Source: an uncultured Bacteroidales bacterium
Lineage (GTDB): Bacteria; Bacteroidota; Bacteroidia; Bacteroidales; CAIXZF01
Direction of reading: 5' to 3'
Length of the DNA stretch: 64,000 bases
Assembly: GCA_903923925.1 (NCBI GenBank)
Contig: CAIXZF010000039.1
Span: 7,778 to 71,777 of the forward strand
Both the position numbers and the translations under genes were made by a program. Numbering within the stretch: position 1 is the stretch's first letter; each line of letters starts with the position of its first letter. This document shows positions 30,139-42,070 of the stretch, piece by piece. The notes under the pieces were generated by a model. It had not been told where the DNA came from and made no database searches. It worked only from the letters and a program-made list of their open reading frames with translations.

Positions 30139-32154
30139 ATGAATCTAAAACACTACCAAAACATTATTAATAAATCTCCATTTGGGTATGCTTATCATAA
30201 AATTATATTGGGAGACAATGGTTTCCCAATTGATTATGAATTTCTTGAGGTTAATCCAACTTTCGAAAAGCTGACAGGATTAAAAACTGATAATATTATC
30301 AACCATAGAGTAACAGAGGTAATACCCGGTATAGAAAAAGGTGAGTTTGACTGGATCGGATTCTATGGAGAAATAGCTATAAATGGGGGAGAAAGAGAAT
30401 TTGAACAATATTTAGAACCCAATAATCAATGGTATAAGATACTGGTTTATTCACCTGAAAAATATTACTTTATAACTATTTTTACCGATATTTCAATAGA
30501 GATTAAGGCACTTAACAATTCAATTAAATTTCTTCATCAGGACTCCAACGCGATAGGTTATCAGGAAATAACAGATGATTTGCTTAAGATTTCTCACGCG
30601 AAATATATCTCCTTTAATTTATTTGAAGATAATGGATTAGAATTCACCACGGTTGCAGTTTCAGGTGTAAATGAACACATTAAAAAAGCAGTTGAGTATT
30701 TGGGTTTCAACCTAGTTGGTAAGAGATGGGCCCTGGATCTGGTACGTGAAGAAAAAATAATGGGTAAAAAAATTACTCGTTTTAATACTTTGTCTGATTT
30801 AGCAGGAGCTGTTTTACCAGCAACACTTATTAAATTTCTTGAAAAGACCTTTAATCTTGGACAAATTGCAATAGTTGTAATTAAAAAAGGGAATTTATAT
30901 CTGGGTGACTTTACACTAATAATGCCAGCAGGTGTGAATTTAAAAAATGACCTGCTTATTGAAAATTATGCACAGCAAGTGGGCCTTTTTCTGGATCGTA
31001 AACGTATAGAAAATGCGTTACAGAGCAGTGAGGAGAAGTTCAGAAACATGGTTTGGGACCTGCAGGTAGGTGTTATTTTACAAGGACCGAAGTCGGAGAT
31101 TATTTTAAGCAATCCAAAGGCATTAGAATTTCTTGGATTAAGTGAGGATCAATTGTTAGGTAAAACATCTTTTGATCCGGATTGGAATGTTATACATGAG
31201 GATGGGACGCCTTTTCCTGGCCAGGAACATCCCGTACCTCAGGCAATTGCATCCAAAAAATCTGTCAGAAATGTTATTATGGGTGTTTATCGTCCTGAGA
31301 TTGGAGACAGAGTATGGTTGCTGGTAGATGCTGAACCACAGTTGAACAGCGATGGGTCTGTCAGGCAGGTAGTTTGTTCTTTTAACAATATATCCATTCG
31401 TAAAAAAGCAGAAGCAGAAATAATCCTTAAAAATGAAGAACTTCAGAAAATTAACATTGAAAAGGACAAGTTTTTCTCAATAATTGCTCATGATTTGAGA
31501 AGTCCGTTTAATAGTTTTCTGGGTCTGACTCAGATAATGGCAGAAAGTCTGCCCAAATTAACAATGGATGAAATTCAAACAATTGCAGTAAGCATGAGAA
31601 ATTCTGCAACCAATCTATACCGTTTGCTTGAAAACCTGCTTCAGTGGGCGCGTATGCAACAAGATATGATTCCGTTTAATCCAAAAGAGATTCGTTTAAT
31701 TGAAATTGCAGAGGACAGCCTTGCCATGATTCTGGAGCCATCGAAGGCAAAAGGAGTTGAAATTTCAATTGATATTCCGGAGGGATTGATTGTTTATGCT
31801 GACAGCAACATGCTACAGACAGTGTTACGGAATCTTGTTTCAAATGCAGTAAAATTTACATTGAATGGTGGAAAGGTATGCTTAACAGCAAATAATTCAA
31901 CAGATAGCATAGTAGAGTTTTCTATTCAGGATAGCGGAATAGGCATGCGTAAAAGCATGGTTGAACATTTGTTTGAGCTTGATGCTCAGCCATATAGAAA
32001 AGGAACAGAAGGAGAACCCAGTACTGGATTAGGATTGTTACTTTGTAAGGAATTTGTTGAGAAACATGGCGGGAAGATATGGGTTGAAAGCGAGGAAGGA
32101 AAAGGTAGTAAATTTTATTTCAGCATACTTCAAAATCGGGAGTTAGAAGGATAA
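30139..32154 (+). CDS. PAS sensor histidine kinase (cytoplasmic)
   Basis: PAS domains; IIAHDLRSP H-box, NLVSNAVKFT, DSGIG, GLGL, GKGSKF. Confidence 0.93.
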   Translation: MNLKHYQNIINKSPFGYAYHKIILGDNGFPIDYEFLEVNPTFEKLTGLKTDNIINHRVTEVIPGIEKGEFDWIGFYGEIAINGGEREFEQYLEPNNQWYKILVYSPEKYYFITIFTDISIEIKALNNSIKFLHQDSNAIGYQEITDDLLKISHAKYISFNLFEDNGLEFTTVAVSGVNEHIKKAVEYLGFNLVGKRWALDLVREEKIMGKKITRFNTLSDLAGAVLPATLIKFLEKTFNLGQIAIVVIKKGNLYLGDFTLIMPAGVNLKNDLLIENYAQQVGLFLDRKRIENALQSSEEKFRNMVWDLQVGVILQGPKSEIILSNPKALEFLGLSEDQLLGKTSFDPDWNVIHEDGTPFPGQEHPVPQAIASKKSVRNVIMGVYRPEIGDRVWLLVDAEPQLNSDGSVRQVVCSFNNISIRKKAEAEIILKNEELQKINIEKDKFFSIIAHDLRSPFNSFLGLTQIMAESLPKLTMDEIQTIAVSMRNSATNLYRLLENLLQWARMQQDMIPFNPKEIRLIEIAEDSLAMILEPSKAKGVEISIDIPEGLIVYADSNMLQTVLRNLVSNAVKFTLNGGKVCLTANNSTDSIVEFSIQDSGIGMRKSMVEHLFELDAQPYRKGTEGEPSTGLGLLLCKEFVEKHGGKIWVESEEGKGSKFYFSILQNRELEG

Positions 32155-32195
32155 ATACCTGCTCCGACAATCATCATAGGTGAGAGGGAATCTCT

Positions 32196-33170
32196 TCATA
32201 TATTTTCTTTTCTTTCTATAAGTTTCATTGCAGACCTTACGATCCCGAATGCGTCCAAACCATATTTTTTCATGAGTTCTTCGGGTTTTCCGCTTTCACC
32301 AAAACAGTCCTGCATTCCGACCATTTCCAAAGGAACAGGGAAGTATTGTCCTAATACTTCAGCCACAGCACCACCAAGGCCACCAATTACCTGATGTTCC
32401 TCAGCGGTAAGAATAGCACCAGTATGTTGAGCGGCTCCAATTATAGCTTCCTTATGTATAGGTTTGATTGTGTGCATATTGATAACTGCAGCGCGAATAT
32501 TCTCAGTTTCCAGAATTTCAGCTGCACGAATTGCTTCCCAAACCATATGACCGCATGCAATAATGGTTAGATCTTCGCCACCCTTAAGCAATTGGGCTTT
32601 ACCAACGGTAAAATCCTGATCATCTGTTGTGAAATCAGGGACAGGTTCTCTGCCAAATCTAATATAGACAGGACCATTTAGTTCCCTTATGGCAGCAATA
32701 ATTGCCAGCCGGGTTTGTGTTGCATCGCAAGGTGAAAGCACTGTCATATTTGGAAGAACTCTCATAGTTGCAATATCTTCTAAAGCCTGGTGTGTGGCGC
32801 CATCGGGTCCGACAGAAATTCCGGCATGAGCGCCACCAATTATTACATGCAGCTTATTGTAACAGATTGAAACCCTGATTTGGTCTGTTGCCCGTTGGGC
32901 CGCGAATACACCATAGGTGGAAAACACAGGTATTTTACCTGCTAAGGCAAGCCCTGCTGCAACAGCAGCGCAGTTTTGCTCTGCAATGCCCAGCGATATA
33001 AATCGATCAGGAAACTTTTCTGAGAAATAGTTCATCCCAACAGATGCTGTTATATCAGCACCCAGACAAACAAGCTCTTTAACTATTTCACCAGCAAATG
33101 CGAGCCCTTCACCGAATCCGGTCTTTGTTGGTTTATTGCCTTTGTTTCTGAAGTCATCCATTATTTCCAA
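32196..33170 (-). CDS. Transketolase, C-terminal subunit
   Basis: GIAEQN, GPDGATHQALED, YIRFGR, EEHQ. Confidence 0.93.
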   Translation of the reverse strand: MEIMDDFRNKGNKPTKTGFGEGLAFAGEIVKELVCLGADITASVGMNYFSEKFPDRFISLGIAEQNCAAVAAGLALAGKIPVFSTYGVFAAQRATDQIRVSICYNKLHVIIGGAHAGISVGPDGATHQALEDIATMRVLPNMTVLSPCDATQTRLAIIAAIRELNGPVYIRFGREPVPDFTTDDQDFTVGKAQLLKGGEDLTIIACGHMVWEAIRAAEILETENIRAAVINMHTIKPIHKEAIIGAAQHTGAILTAEEHQVIGGLGGAVAEVLGQYFPVPLEMVGMQDCFGESGKPEELMKKYGLDAFGIVRSAMKLIERKENI

Positions 33171-33213
33171 TATACAATCTATGTCCCAATTTTCGTAGTA
33201 AATATAGGAATTC

Positions 33214-34023
33214 TTAAGAATTTAGCTCGAGGATGAATTCTTTCATGTTTTCCTTTGAAGGAACTTTCCCATGCCAATGATAATCATCTTCAATACTTTT
33301 GATACCTTTTCCCATTTTAGTTTTTGCGATAAGTACTGAAGGTTTGTTATTTACAGGAATCAATTCATTAAATACTTTAAGTAATTGCTCCAGATTATTT
33401 CCATCACATTCGATAACATTCCAGCCAAAAGCTTTCCATTTTTCAGACAGAGGTTCCAGCTCCATAACGTCTTTAGTTTTACCATCAATCTGGCAATTAT
33501 TACGGTCGACAATGGCGATAAGCTTATTCAATTTATGATGAGCTGCACTCATTGCTGCTTCCCATACTGAACCTTCCTGAAGTTCACCATCGCCCAGAAT
33601 GCAATAGGTTTTCCAATCTTTTTTATCCATTTTTGCGGCCAAAGCCAAGCCAACAGAAATAGACAGTCCCTGGCCTAATGAACCAGATGAAACTTCAATT
33701 CCTGGTAATTCTGAATCTTTACAGGGATGACCCTGAAGCTTTGAACCGAGTTTTCTGAGTGTCACCAAATCTTCAACAGGAAAATAACCGGAATGTGCCA
33801 GAGATGCATAAAGAACAGGGGCAATATGCCCAATCGACAAAATCAAACGGTCGCGTTCAGACCAGTCCGGATTTTTTGGATTATGGTTTAAGGTGTTGAA
33901 ATACAAAATAGTAAAAATATCGGCCATTCCAAGTGAGCCACCGAGGTGCCCTGAACCTGCAGCAGTGAGACTTTCAACAACTGAAATCCTGATCTTTTTG
34001 GAAATTTGAAGTAAATCGTTCAT
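33214..34023 (-). CDS. Transketolase, N-terminal subunit
   Basis: SGHLGGS, LQGHP, GSLGQG, GDGELQEG..WEA TPP motif. Confidence 0.94.
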   Translation of the reverse strand: MNDLLQISKKIRISVVESLTAAGSGHLGGSLGMADIFTILYFNTLNHNPKNPDWSERDRLILSIGHIAPVLYASLAHSGYFPVEDLVTLRKLGSKLQGHPCKDSELPGIEVSSGSLGQGLSISVGLALAAKMDKKDWKTYCILGDGELQEGSVWEAAMSAAHHKLNKLIAIVDRNNCQIDGKTKDVMELEPLSEKWKAFGWNVIECDGNNLEQLLKVFNELIPVNNKPSVLIAKTKMGKGIKSIEDDYHWHGKVPSKENMKEFILELNS

Positions 34024-34069
34024 TTTTTCAAGATTACAAAACGAGTACTAAAACTATTCAAATTTATAT

Positions 34070-36088
34070 TTACTGCTTACCTTCTGAAGAATAAGTGCTA
34101 ACCAAATGATTATCAATTAAATACTCAGTAGTTTGTATCATCGAGAATGTATATTCTTTCATTGCTTTTACAAGCTTCTGATTGCCTGGCAAGTAGTTAT
34201 AGGTATCTTTCAGAATATAATCGTACAAACTCGGAGGACCGTCATCGCGAATTAGGAGGAAGTATTCATTGTTCAGGCAGCCAATTTTATCATCTGCAGA
34301 AAAATAGATAAAAGGCCGTTTTTCCCTTAAAAGATCAATCCCCATTGTATTATTAACATAGGGTTGCCGAAGCATTCCCATAATTGTGGGAAAGATGTCA
34401 ATCTGGCCGGCAAGATTCTGGATTTCACGCGTTTCCCTGTTTATTCCTGGAGCATAAAACAGAAGTGGAGTGTGATGATAAGTTAGTGGCATATCATAAA
34501 TACCACCTTCGGCAAAGCCATGATCGGCAACTAAAACAAAAATAGTGTTATTGAACCAGGGCTGTTTTTTTGCCATTTCAAAGAAGTGTCTGATGGACCA
34601 GTCGGCATATTCAGTGGTAGCTTTGCGTTCGTCTTTACTTTTTGGTTTGAAAGGAATGTCGCCAGGTACAATGTACGGTCCATGGTCGCTGGCAGTCATA
34701 AATGCAGCCAGAAAAGGCTGATTTCTATAGTACAGGATATTTAACTTTGGCAAAGTATATTCAAACATGTAATGATCGGGAACGCCCAGTGTGCTTAGCA
34801 CTTTTGATGAAGGGTAATTTTGTTGAGAAATCACCTCATCGAAATCATTTGCATGCATAAAACCACCAATATTGTCGAATTGGTCATCGTGAGTAATAGC
34901 GAAAATAGTATGGTAACCTTTGGATTTCAGGGTATTGCTTATTCCTGAGTATCGCTGAATAGGAAAGCGGTTCATAGGGTGTTGTTTACCCAATGCCGGC
35001 AATCCGGTTAAAGTAGAAAAAATACCATTGCACGTATGAATACCTGCACTGTAAGCATTTTCAAAGGAAATTGACACATCAGCCAGGCTATCGAGAAAAG
35101 GAGTAAGGTGGTCCGTATTTCCAAAATGCCCTAGTTTGGCAGCTCCCATGCTTTCCATGATAATAATTACAACATTGGCCCTGATTGAAGAATCGTTGAA
35201 GGTAATATTTCTGGAAACAGGCATAGTGTCGGGGAAGGGAATGCCTTCAGTAGTTGGGATGAGATATTTCCTTACACATTTAACCGCTACCTGATCATCC
35301 ATCAGTCTTAGCTTACGGTTCTTCGGATTCTGATCATCAAGCCAGCTTCGCAGAAATGTGAACACCGGATTTAATCCGAGCTGATTTGGGAAAGCATATG
35401 GTGAAAAATATGCAGTACCAATCCGAATGGGGGATTTCTTTTCTAATCTGCCACGAATGCCAATAAACATTAATCCAAGGAGTAATATCGAAATAATTAT
35501 TGTTTTTGGAAGATAAAACAGGTTATCCGGTGAAATATTAGCTTTCATTAAAGTCGCCTTTAAGTTTCTGTTTATCAACCACCAGAAAAGTACCATAATT
35601 AATACAAACGGGATCAGAAATATCCAATAGGTAACTTCCTGGAAAATCATTTTAAAAACGAATTCAGGTGTATCCATCCAGGCTAAAGCCATGGAATTAA
35701 GGCGGGTAAAGAACTGCTTAAAAAATGGAATATCGATTGTACATATCAGGAAGGCAATAGTGTACATCAGACCAATAAAGACATTAAGAATATTGGACAA
35801 ATAAAACGCAGTAAAAGGATTTTTTAAAGGTTTATGAAAGGCTGAAACAATACTCAGAATAACAAATGGCAATATCAGAATATAGCCTGAAATCACAGTA
35901 TCAAAGCGAAGCCCCATTACAAATGCCTGTAGTAAAATATAGACCTTTTCATTGGGTATGCTGTCGGCCTGATGAATATTGACAAATAGCAAAATTCCTC
36001 TGAACACAGTAAAGAAAAGTATACCAATAAAATAAACTATAAGAATGTACTGAATATGTGATGGAAAGAATTGCCTGAATTTTCGCAT
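34070..36088 (-). CDS. LTA synthase/OpgB-family sulfatase-like membrane protein
   Basis: N-terminal TM block; IIMES, TASDHGP, VADHG, QIDIFPT. Confidence 0.9.
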   Translation of the reverse strand: MRKFRQFFPSHIQYILIVYFIGILFFTVFRGILLFVNIHQADSIPNEKVYILLQAFVMGLRFDTVISGYILILPFVILSIVSAFHKPLKNPFTAFYLSNILNVFIGLMYTIAFLICTIDIPFFKQFFTRLNSMALAWMDTPEFVFKMIFQEVTYWIFLIPFVLIMVLFWWLINRNLKATLMKANISPDNLFYLPKTIIISILLLGLMFIGIRGRLEKKSPIRIGTAYFSPYAFPNQLGLNPVFTFLRSWLDDQNPKNRKLRLMDDQVAVKCVRKYLIPTTEGIPFPDTMPVSRNITFNDSSIRANVVIIIMESMGAAKLGHFGNTDHLTPFLDSLADVSISFENAYSAGIHTCNGIFSTLTGLPALGKQHPMNRFPIQRYSGISNTLKSKGYHTIFAITHDDQFDNIGGFMHANDFDEVISQQNYPSSKVLSTLGVPDHYMFEYTLPKLNILYYRNQPFLAAFMTASDHGPYIVPGDIPFKPKSKDERKATTEYADWSIRHFFEMAKKQPWFNNTIFVLVADHGFAEGGIYDMPLTYHHTPLLFYAPGINRETREIQNLAGQIDIFPTIMGMLRQPYVNNTMGIDLLREKRPFIYFSADDKIGCLNNEYFLLIRDDGPPSLYDYILKDTYNYLPGNQKLVKAMKEYTFSMIQTTEYLIDNHLVSTYSSEGKQ

Positions 36089-36122
36089 GCTTCAGCGTTT
36101 ACTGAATTTGTGTCATTTTTTG

Positions 36123-38225
36123 TTATTTCAGGTATTTGTCTAACCATGCAAAAAATTCACGCTGCCAAAGTACAGCATTCTGGGGTTTGGTTACAAAGTG
36201 AGTTTCTTCGGGGAAGAACAATAATTTTGAAGGAATTCCGCGCATTTGGGCAATATCGAATGCCTGGAGACTTTCTGTATACGGAATTCTGAAATCCTTG
36301 CCACCAGTAATAATCAAAATAGGAGTGTCCCATTTATCAACGAAAAGGTGAGGGGAGAAGTCGTAGCTTTTTGGTCGAGGAGTCTGCCAGTAAGGACCTC
36401 CAAAGTCATAATTCGGGAACCAGATTTCTTCTGTATACCCATACCAGCTTTCAAAATTGAACATTCCGCAATGAGCGATAAAGGCTTTAAATCTCTTTTC
36501 ATGATGGCCAGCCAGATAATATACCGAAAAACCACCATAAGAGGCACCTACACAACCTAATTTATCCTTATTCACAAAAGGTTCCTTAGCCATTTCGTCA
36601 ATAGCCGTCAGGTAGTCTTTCATATTCTGTCCGCCATAATCCTGACTTATCTGATCATTCCATTCCTGTCCGAAAGTTGGTAACCCACGACGGTTTGGAG
36701 CGACAATTATATACCCGTTGGCTGCCATTATCTGGAAGTTCCATCTGTAGGAAAAGAATTGACTTACAGCACTTTGTGGTCCACCTTGGCAATATAAAAG
36801 GGTCGGATATTTCTTGTTTGGATCGAAATCGGGAGGATAAATTACCCAGGTTAGCATTTCTTTACCATCTGTTGTTTTCATCCTTCGTTCTTCAACTTTT
36901 CCCATCTTGATTTTGTCCATGATGAATTTATTGACCGAAGTCAGCTGTGTTTCTTTACCATCGGCAGGATCAATTTTGAATACCTCAACAGGACTCGACA
37001 TTGACATTTTTTCACCAATCATTACATCACCATTTACCAGAAGTGTGTTATAATCATGCACTCCCTTAGTAATCTGTTTGATTGACTTATCAGCAATTGT
37101 TAATGAATAGATCTGATAGGTTGCATTAATTCCGCTGATGAAATATATCTTCGAACCATCCTTACTCCAGTTAAAACTTGAGGAACTCTGATCAAAACCT
37201 ACACTATAATCTTCCCATGCATTTGTTGAAAGGTCATAAATAATAATTCTCTCCTTATCCGCCTCGAAACCTGGACGCTGCATGCTTTTCCATACTATTT
37301 TTTTACCATCTGGTGAGAAAACCGGATCCATATCATACCCTTCAAAGTTATTTCCAAGATCTCCAAAGGTGCTGTTTTTTAAACACCGTGTTGATTTATT
37401 TCCAAGAGTATAAAGGAAAATATCAGTATTTGTGCTTACTGCGTATTTCAAACCGATTAACTTTTTGCAAGTATAGGCTATAGTTTTTCCATCAGCCGAC
37501 CAGGCAATTTCTTCCATTCCACCGTTTGGTTTGTTCGGACAATCATAGCGTTCATCTTTCATAATGTCTTCGTTATCTGTTACTTTACCATCCTTATACT
37601 TTGCAATAAAAACATGCTGGTAGGTGTAATTCGACCAGGCATTCCAATGGCGGTAATTCATGTCCTCAATTATTCTGACATTCGTTTTTGGTAAATCGGG
37701 ATAAACATCCTGTGGATTTTTATCAAGTTTAACCTCCTGAACATAAAGGATTCCATCAGCGGATGGAGCATATGAGAAACCGATAATATCGCCACCGGTA
37801 TTGCTAATTTGCTTACGCGAACTACCATCAGGGTTCATTTCCCAGATTTGGGTTGTTCCTTTTTCCGCACTCAAATAGGCTATTTTTTTACCATCTGGTC
37901 TCCAAATCCCATTGCTGGCATCAGCCGCTCCATTTGTTACCTGAAGCGGTGTACCACCTGCAACAGCAAGTGTATAGAGTTTAGCTTTTCCTGTATTCTC
38001 TTTTAGATTAAAATTCTTAACTGAATAGAGAATGGTTTTGCCATCCGGGCTGAGAGCAACTTCACTAATGCGTCCGAATTTCCACATGAGTTCCGGTGTC
38101 ATCTTGCCAATTGCCAGCAAAGAATCCAGGTCTTTATCATTGCTGCTTACAGGTTTCTGGTATTTTGTGCAGGAAACCAATACAGCTACTGATAGTAAAA
38201 AAAGGTAAACAGCAATTTTTTTCAT
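36123..38225 (-). CDS. S9 family serine peptidase (DPP5-like) lipoprotein
   Basis: Beta-propeller repeats; QGGPQ, GASYGG nucleophile, DFRI, ETH. Confidence 0.92.
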   Translation of the reverse strand: MKKIAVYLFLLSVAVLVSCTKYQKPVSSNDKDLDSLLAIGKMTPELMWKFGRISEVALSPDGKTILYSVKNFNLKENTGKAKLYTLAVAGGTPLQVTNGAADASNGIWRPDGKKIAYLSAEKGTTQIWEMNPDGSSRKQISNTGGDIIGFSYAPSADGILYVQEVKLDKNPQDVYPDLPKTNVRIIEDMNYRHWNAWSNYTYQHVFIAKYKDGKVTDNEDIMKDERYDCPNKPNGGMEEIAWSADGKTIAYTCKKLIGLKYAVSTNTDIFLYTLGNKSTRCLKNSTFGDLGNNFEGYDMDPVFSPDGKKIVWKSMQRPGFEADKERIIIYDLSTNAWEDYSVGFDQSSSSFNWSKDGSKIYFISGINATYQIYSLTIADKSIKQITKGVHDYNTLLVNGDVMIGEKMSMSSPVEVFKIDPADGKETQLTSVNKFIMDKIKMGKVEERRMKTTDGKEMLTWVIYPPDFDPNKKYPTLLYCQGGPQSAVSQFFSYRWNFQIMAANGYIIVAPNRRGLPTFGQEWNDQISQDYGGQNMKDYLTAIDEMAKEPFVNKDKLGCVGASYGGFSVYYLAGHHEKRFKAFIAHCGMFNFESWYGYTEEIWFPNYDFGGPYWQTPRPKSYDFSPHLFVDKWDTPILIITGGKDFRIPYTESLQAFDIAQMRGIPSKLLFFPEETHFVTKPQNAVLWQREFFAWLDKYLK

Positions 38226-38278
38226 TTCAATTATTATTAAATTATAATATGTTAAATTTCAATAGTTTAGTTGTTTTT

Positions 38279-40354
<2,076 letters not shown>

Positions 40355-40400
40355 CTACCATGATAATAGGTATGGTGAATTAGAAAAGTTTCAGATTTGA

Positions 40401-41948
40401 TTACCTTGGTCTCCCGGAATCTTTTTTCTGAGGAAAGAAATCGGTATTTCTATAAATGTAAATTGTTTGGTTGGCATTGAGGGGATTTAACCAATACAGA
40501 ATTTTATCCATTAATCCGGGTTCAATTTTCGTTTCAAAAACAAGATCCGGAATCAATGTTTTAAGTCTGTTTACCCTTAGTTGAAGGTTAGCTTCTTCGA
40601 AAAATAAAATGAAACGAGCTTGGTTCTCAATAGGATTTTCTTCAATTTTTGCCTGGTAAGCTTCCCAGGTATGACTAATATTAATCACATCTACAGTAAC
40701 CCATTGGTGAAGATAGAACTCTGGTGGATATTTCACTACATCGTGATTTGCATCTTCCAGAAGGATGGTTCCAATGCCTGTGTATTTAGAAAGATAACTC
40801 ATGGATTCAACACGGGCTCTTTTAGAGTACATTGTTGAAACTGGAATTAACATAATGATGTTTACTGACCAGAAGAATGTCCATGAAGCCTTAAGCAAAG
40901 CGGGTCGGTTTATCCAGAACAGCGACTTTTGTCTAAATTCTTCCCAACCAATAATACCCAGAATAATAATGAACGGAATGGCAGGGATAATAAACCTTTC
41001 CTGTTTATTTGGAAATATACTGTGAAATGCAAAAAATATCAGGGTAGGGAGGAAGATAATCAAGTGTTTTTTCCACATTCTGAAAAAACCAAATGAAAGG
41101 AAAACGCTTACTGGAGGAATTAACAATCCAAGAACCAACAATATGTAAGTATACCAGGAATTCGTAATATACTCGTTGGCGTTTGCCATATTATACCTGG
41201 TATATTCCATGAATTCAGCAAAAGGTTTCTGCCAGATATAATAGTCGATCCCACCTTGAATTAATGCTACTGATGCTCCATATCCCAATCCAAACACAAG
41301 GGCTTCTTTCCACTTTTTCTGTATCAAAAGTACTAATCCCAGTCCGGCTGCAAAAGTGATGGTCTGGAACCGGAAGGAGAACCCTATTGCCATAATAAAT
41401 CCGGAAACGAAGAACGTTATTAACCCGGCATTTCCATCCTTTTTAATTATTAACCACAAACTCCAGATGAGGAAGGGAATACAAACGAGTTCAACTAAAT
41501 TTCGCACCGACATAAATGGCATAAACCAGAAGATTGCTATCAATAAACCGCTTAAAAAGGCAGTTTTTACATCCGACAATTTTTCGGTGATTTTAAACCC
41601 CCAATAAACTACACTTAGTGATAATAATCCATGTATAAATCTGATTATATACATTTTAGATTGTGGATCACGGATTCCGATACTTTCAAAAAAACTGAAA
41701 AGCAAGTAGTGAATACCACTGTAGAGCAAACTATGGCCTGAAGGAACTGCAGTTTTATTGAACATTGGTAACCAAGAATTATAGTCTACGCCATCAATCC
41801 AGGATTGAGCTGGTTCAATAACCAGAAAATGGTCATCATGCATTCCCCAGCCTTTGGAAAACAAAACAGCAACAATACGAATTAAGGCAGCTATTGTGAG
41901 AATAACTGCAAGAGGTCTTTCCTTTATAAGTATACGGAGATAGTTCAT
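40401..41948 (-). CDS. Polytopic GT-C glycosyltransferase (Alg9/PigB- or PMT-like)
   Basis: DDHF loop after TM1, about 10 TM helices, PNKQERF motif. Confidence 0.75.
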   Translation of the reverse strand: MNYLRILIKERPLAVILTIAALIRIVAVLFSKGWGMHDDHFLVIEPAQSWIDGVDYNSWLPMFNKTAVPSGHSLLYSGIHYLLFSFFESIGIRDPQSKMYIIRFIHGLLSLSVVYWGFKITEKLSDVKTAFLSGLLIAIFWFMPFMSVRNLVELVCIPFLIWSLWLIIKKDGNAGLITFFVSGFIMAIGFSFRFQTITFAAGLGLVLLIQKKWKEALVFGLGYGASVALIQGGIDYYIWQKPFAEFMEYTRYNMANANEYITNSWYTYILLVLGLLIPPVSVFLSFGFFRMWKKHLIIFLPTLIFFAFHSIFPNKQERFIIPAIPFIIILGIIGWEEFRQKSLFWINRPALLKASWTFFWSVNIIMLIPVSTMYSKRARVESMSYLSKYTGIGTILLEDANHDVVKYPPEFYLHQWVTVDVINISHTWEAYQAKIEENPIENQARFILFFEEANLQLRVNRLKTLIPDLVFETKIEPGLMDKILYWLNPLNANQTIYIYRNTDFFPQKKDSGRPR

Positions 41949-42010
41949 TAAGAATCTGGGTTTCCCAATCCATTACAAATTTACGCATTAACTGCTTTCT
42001 GGCAAGGAAT

Positions 42011-42048
42011 AAAAAAATCCCCCGACAGATAATTCTGTCGGGGGATTT
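42011..42048 (-). terminator. Intrinsic terminator after the gingipain-like pair
   Basis: 15-bp perfect stem AAATCCCCCGACAGA/TCTGTCGGGGGATTT with a T-run on the minus strand. Confidence 0.9.
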
Positions 42049-42070
42049 CAATTATATTGTAAGATATTGA

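Noticed and set aside
32196-34023. Split transketolase as a broken gene
   Set aside because: Two-subunit transketolases are a normal arrangement and both halves are intact
38230-38257. dif-like sequence ending ATATGTTAAAT between ligA and the S9 peptidase gene
   Set aside because: Left arm is plain AT low-complexity without XerC-arm features; likely chance in an AT-rich leader
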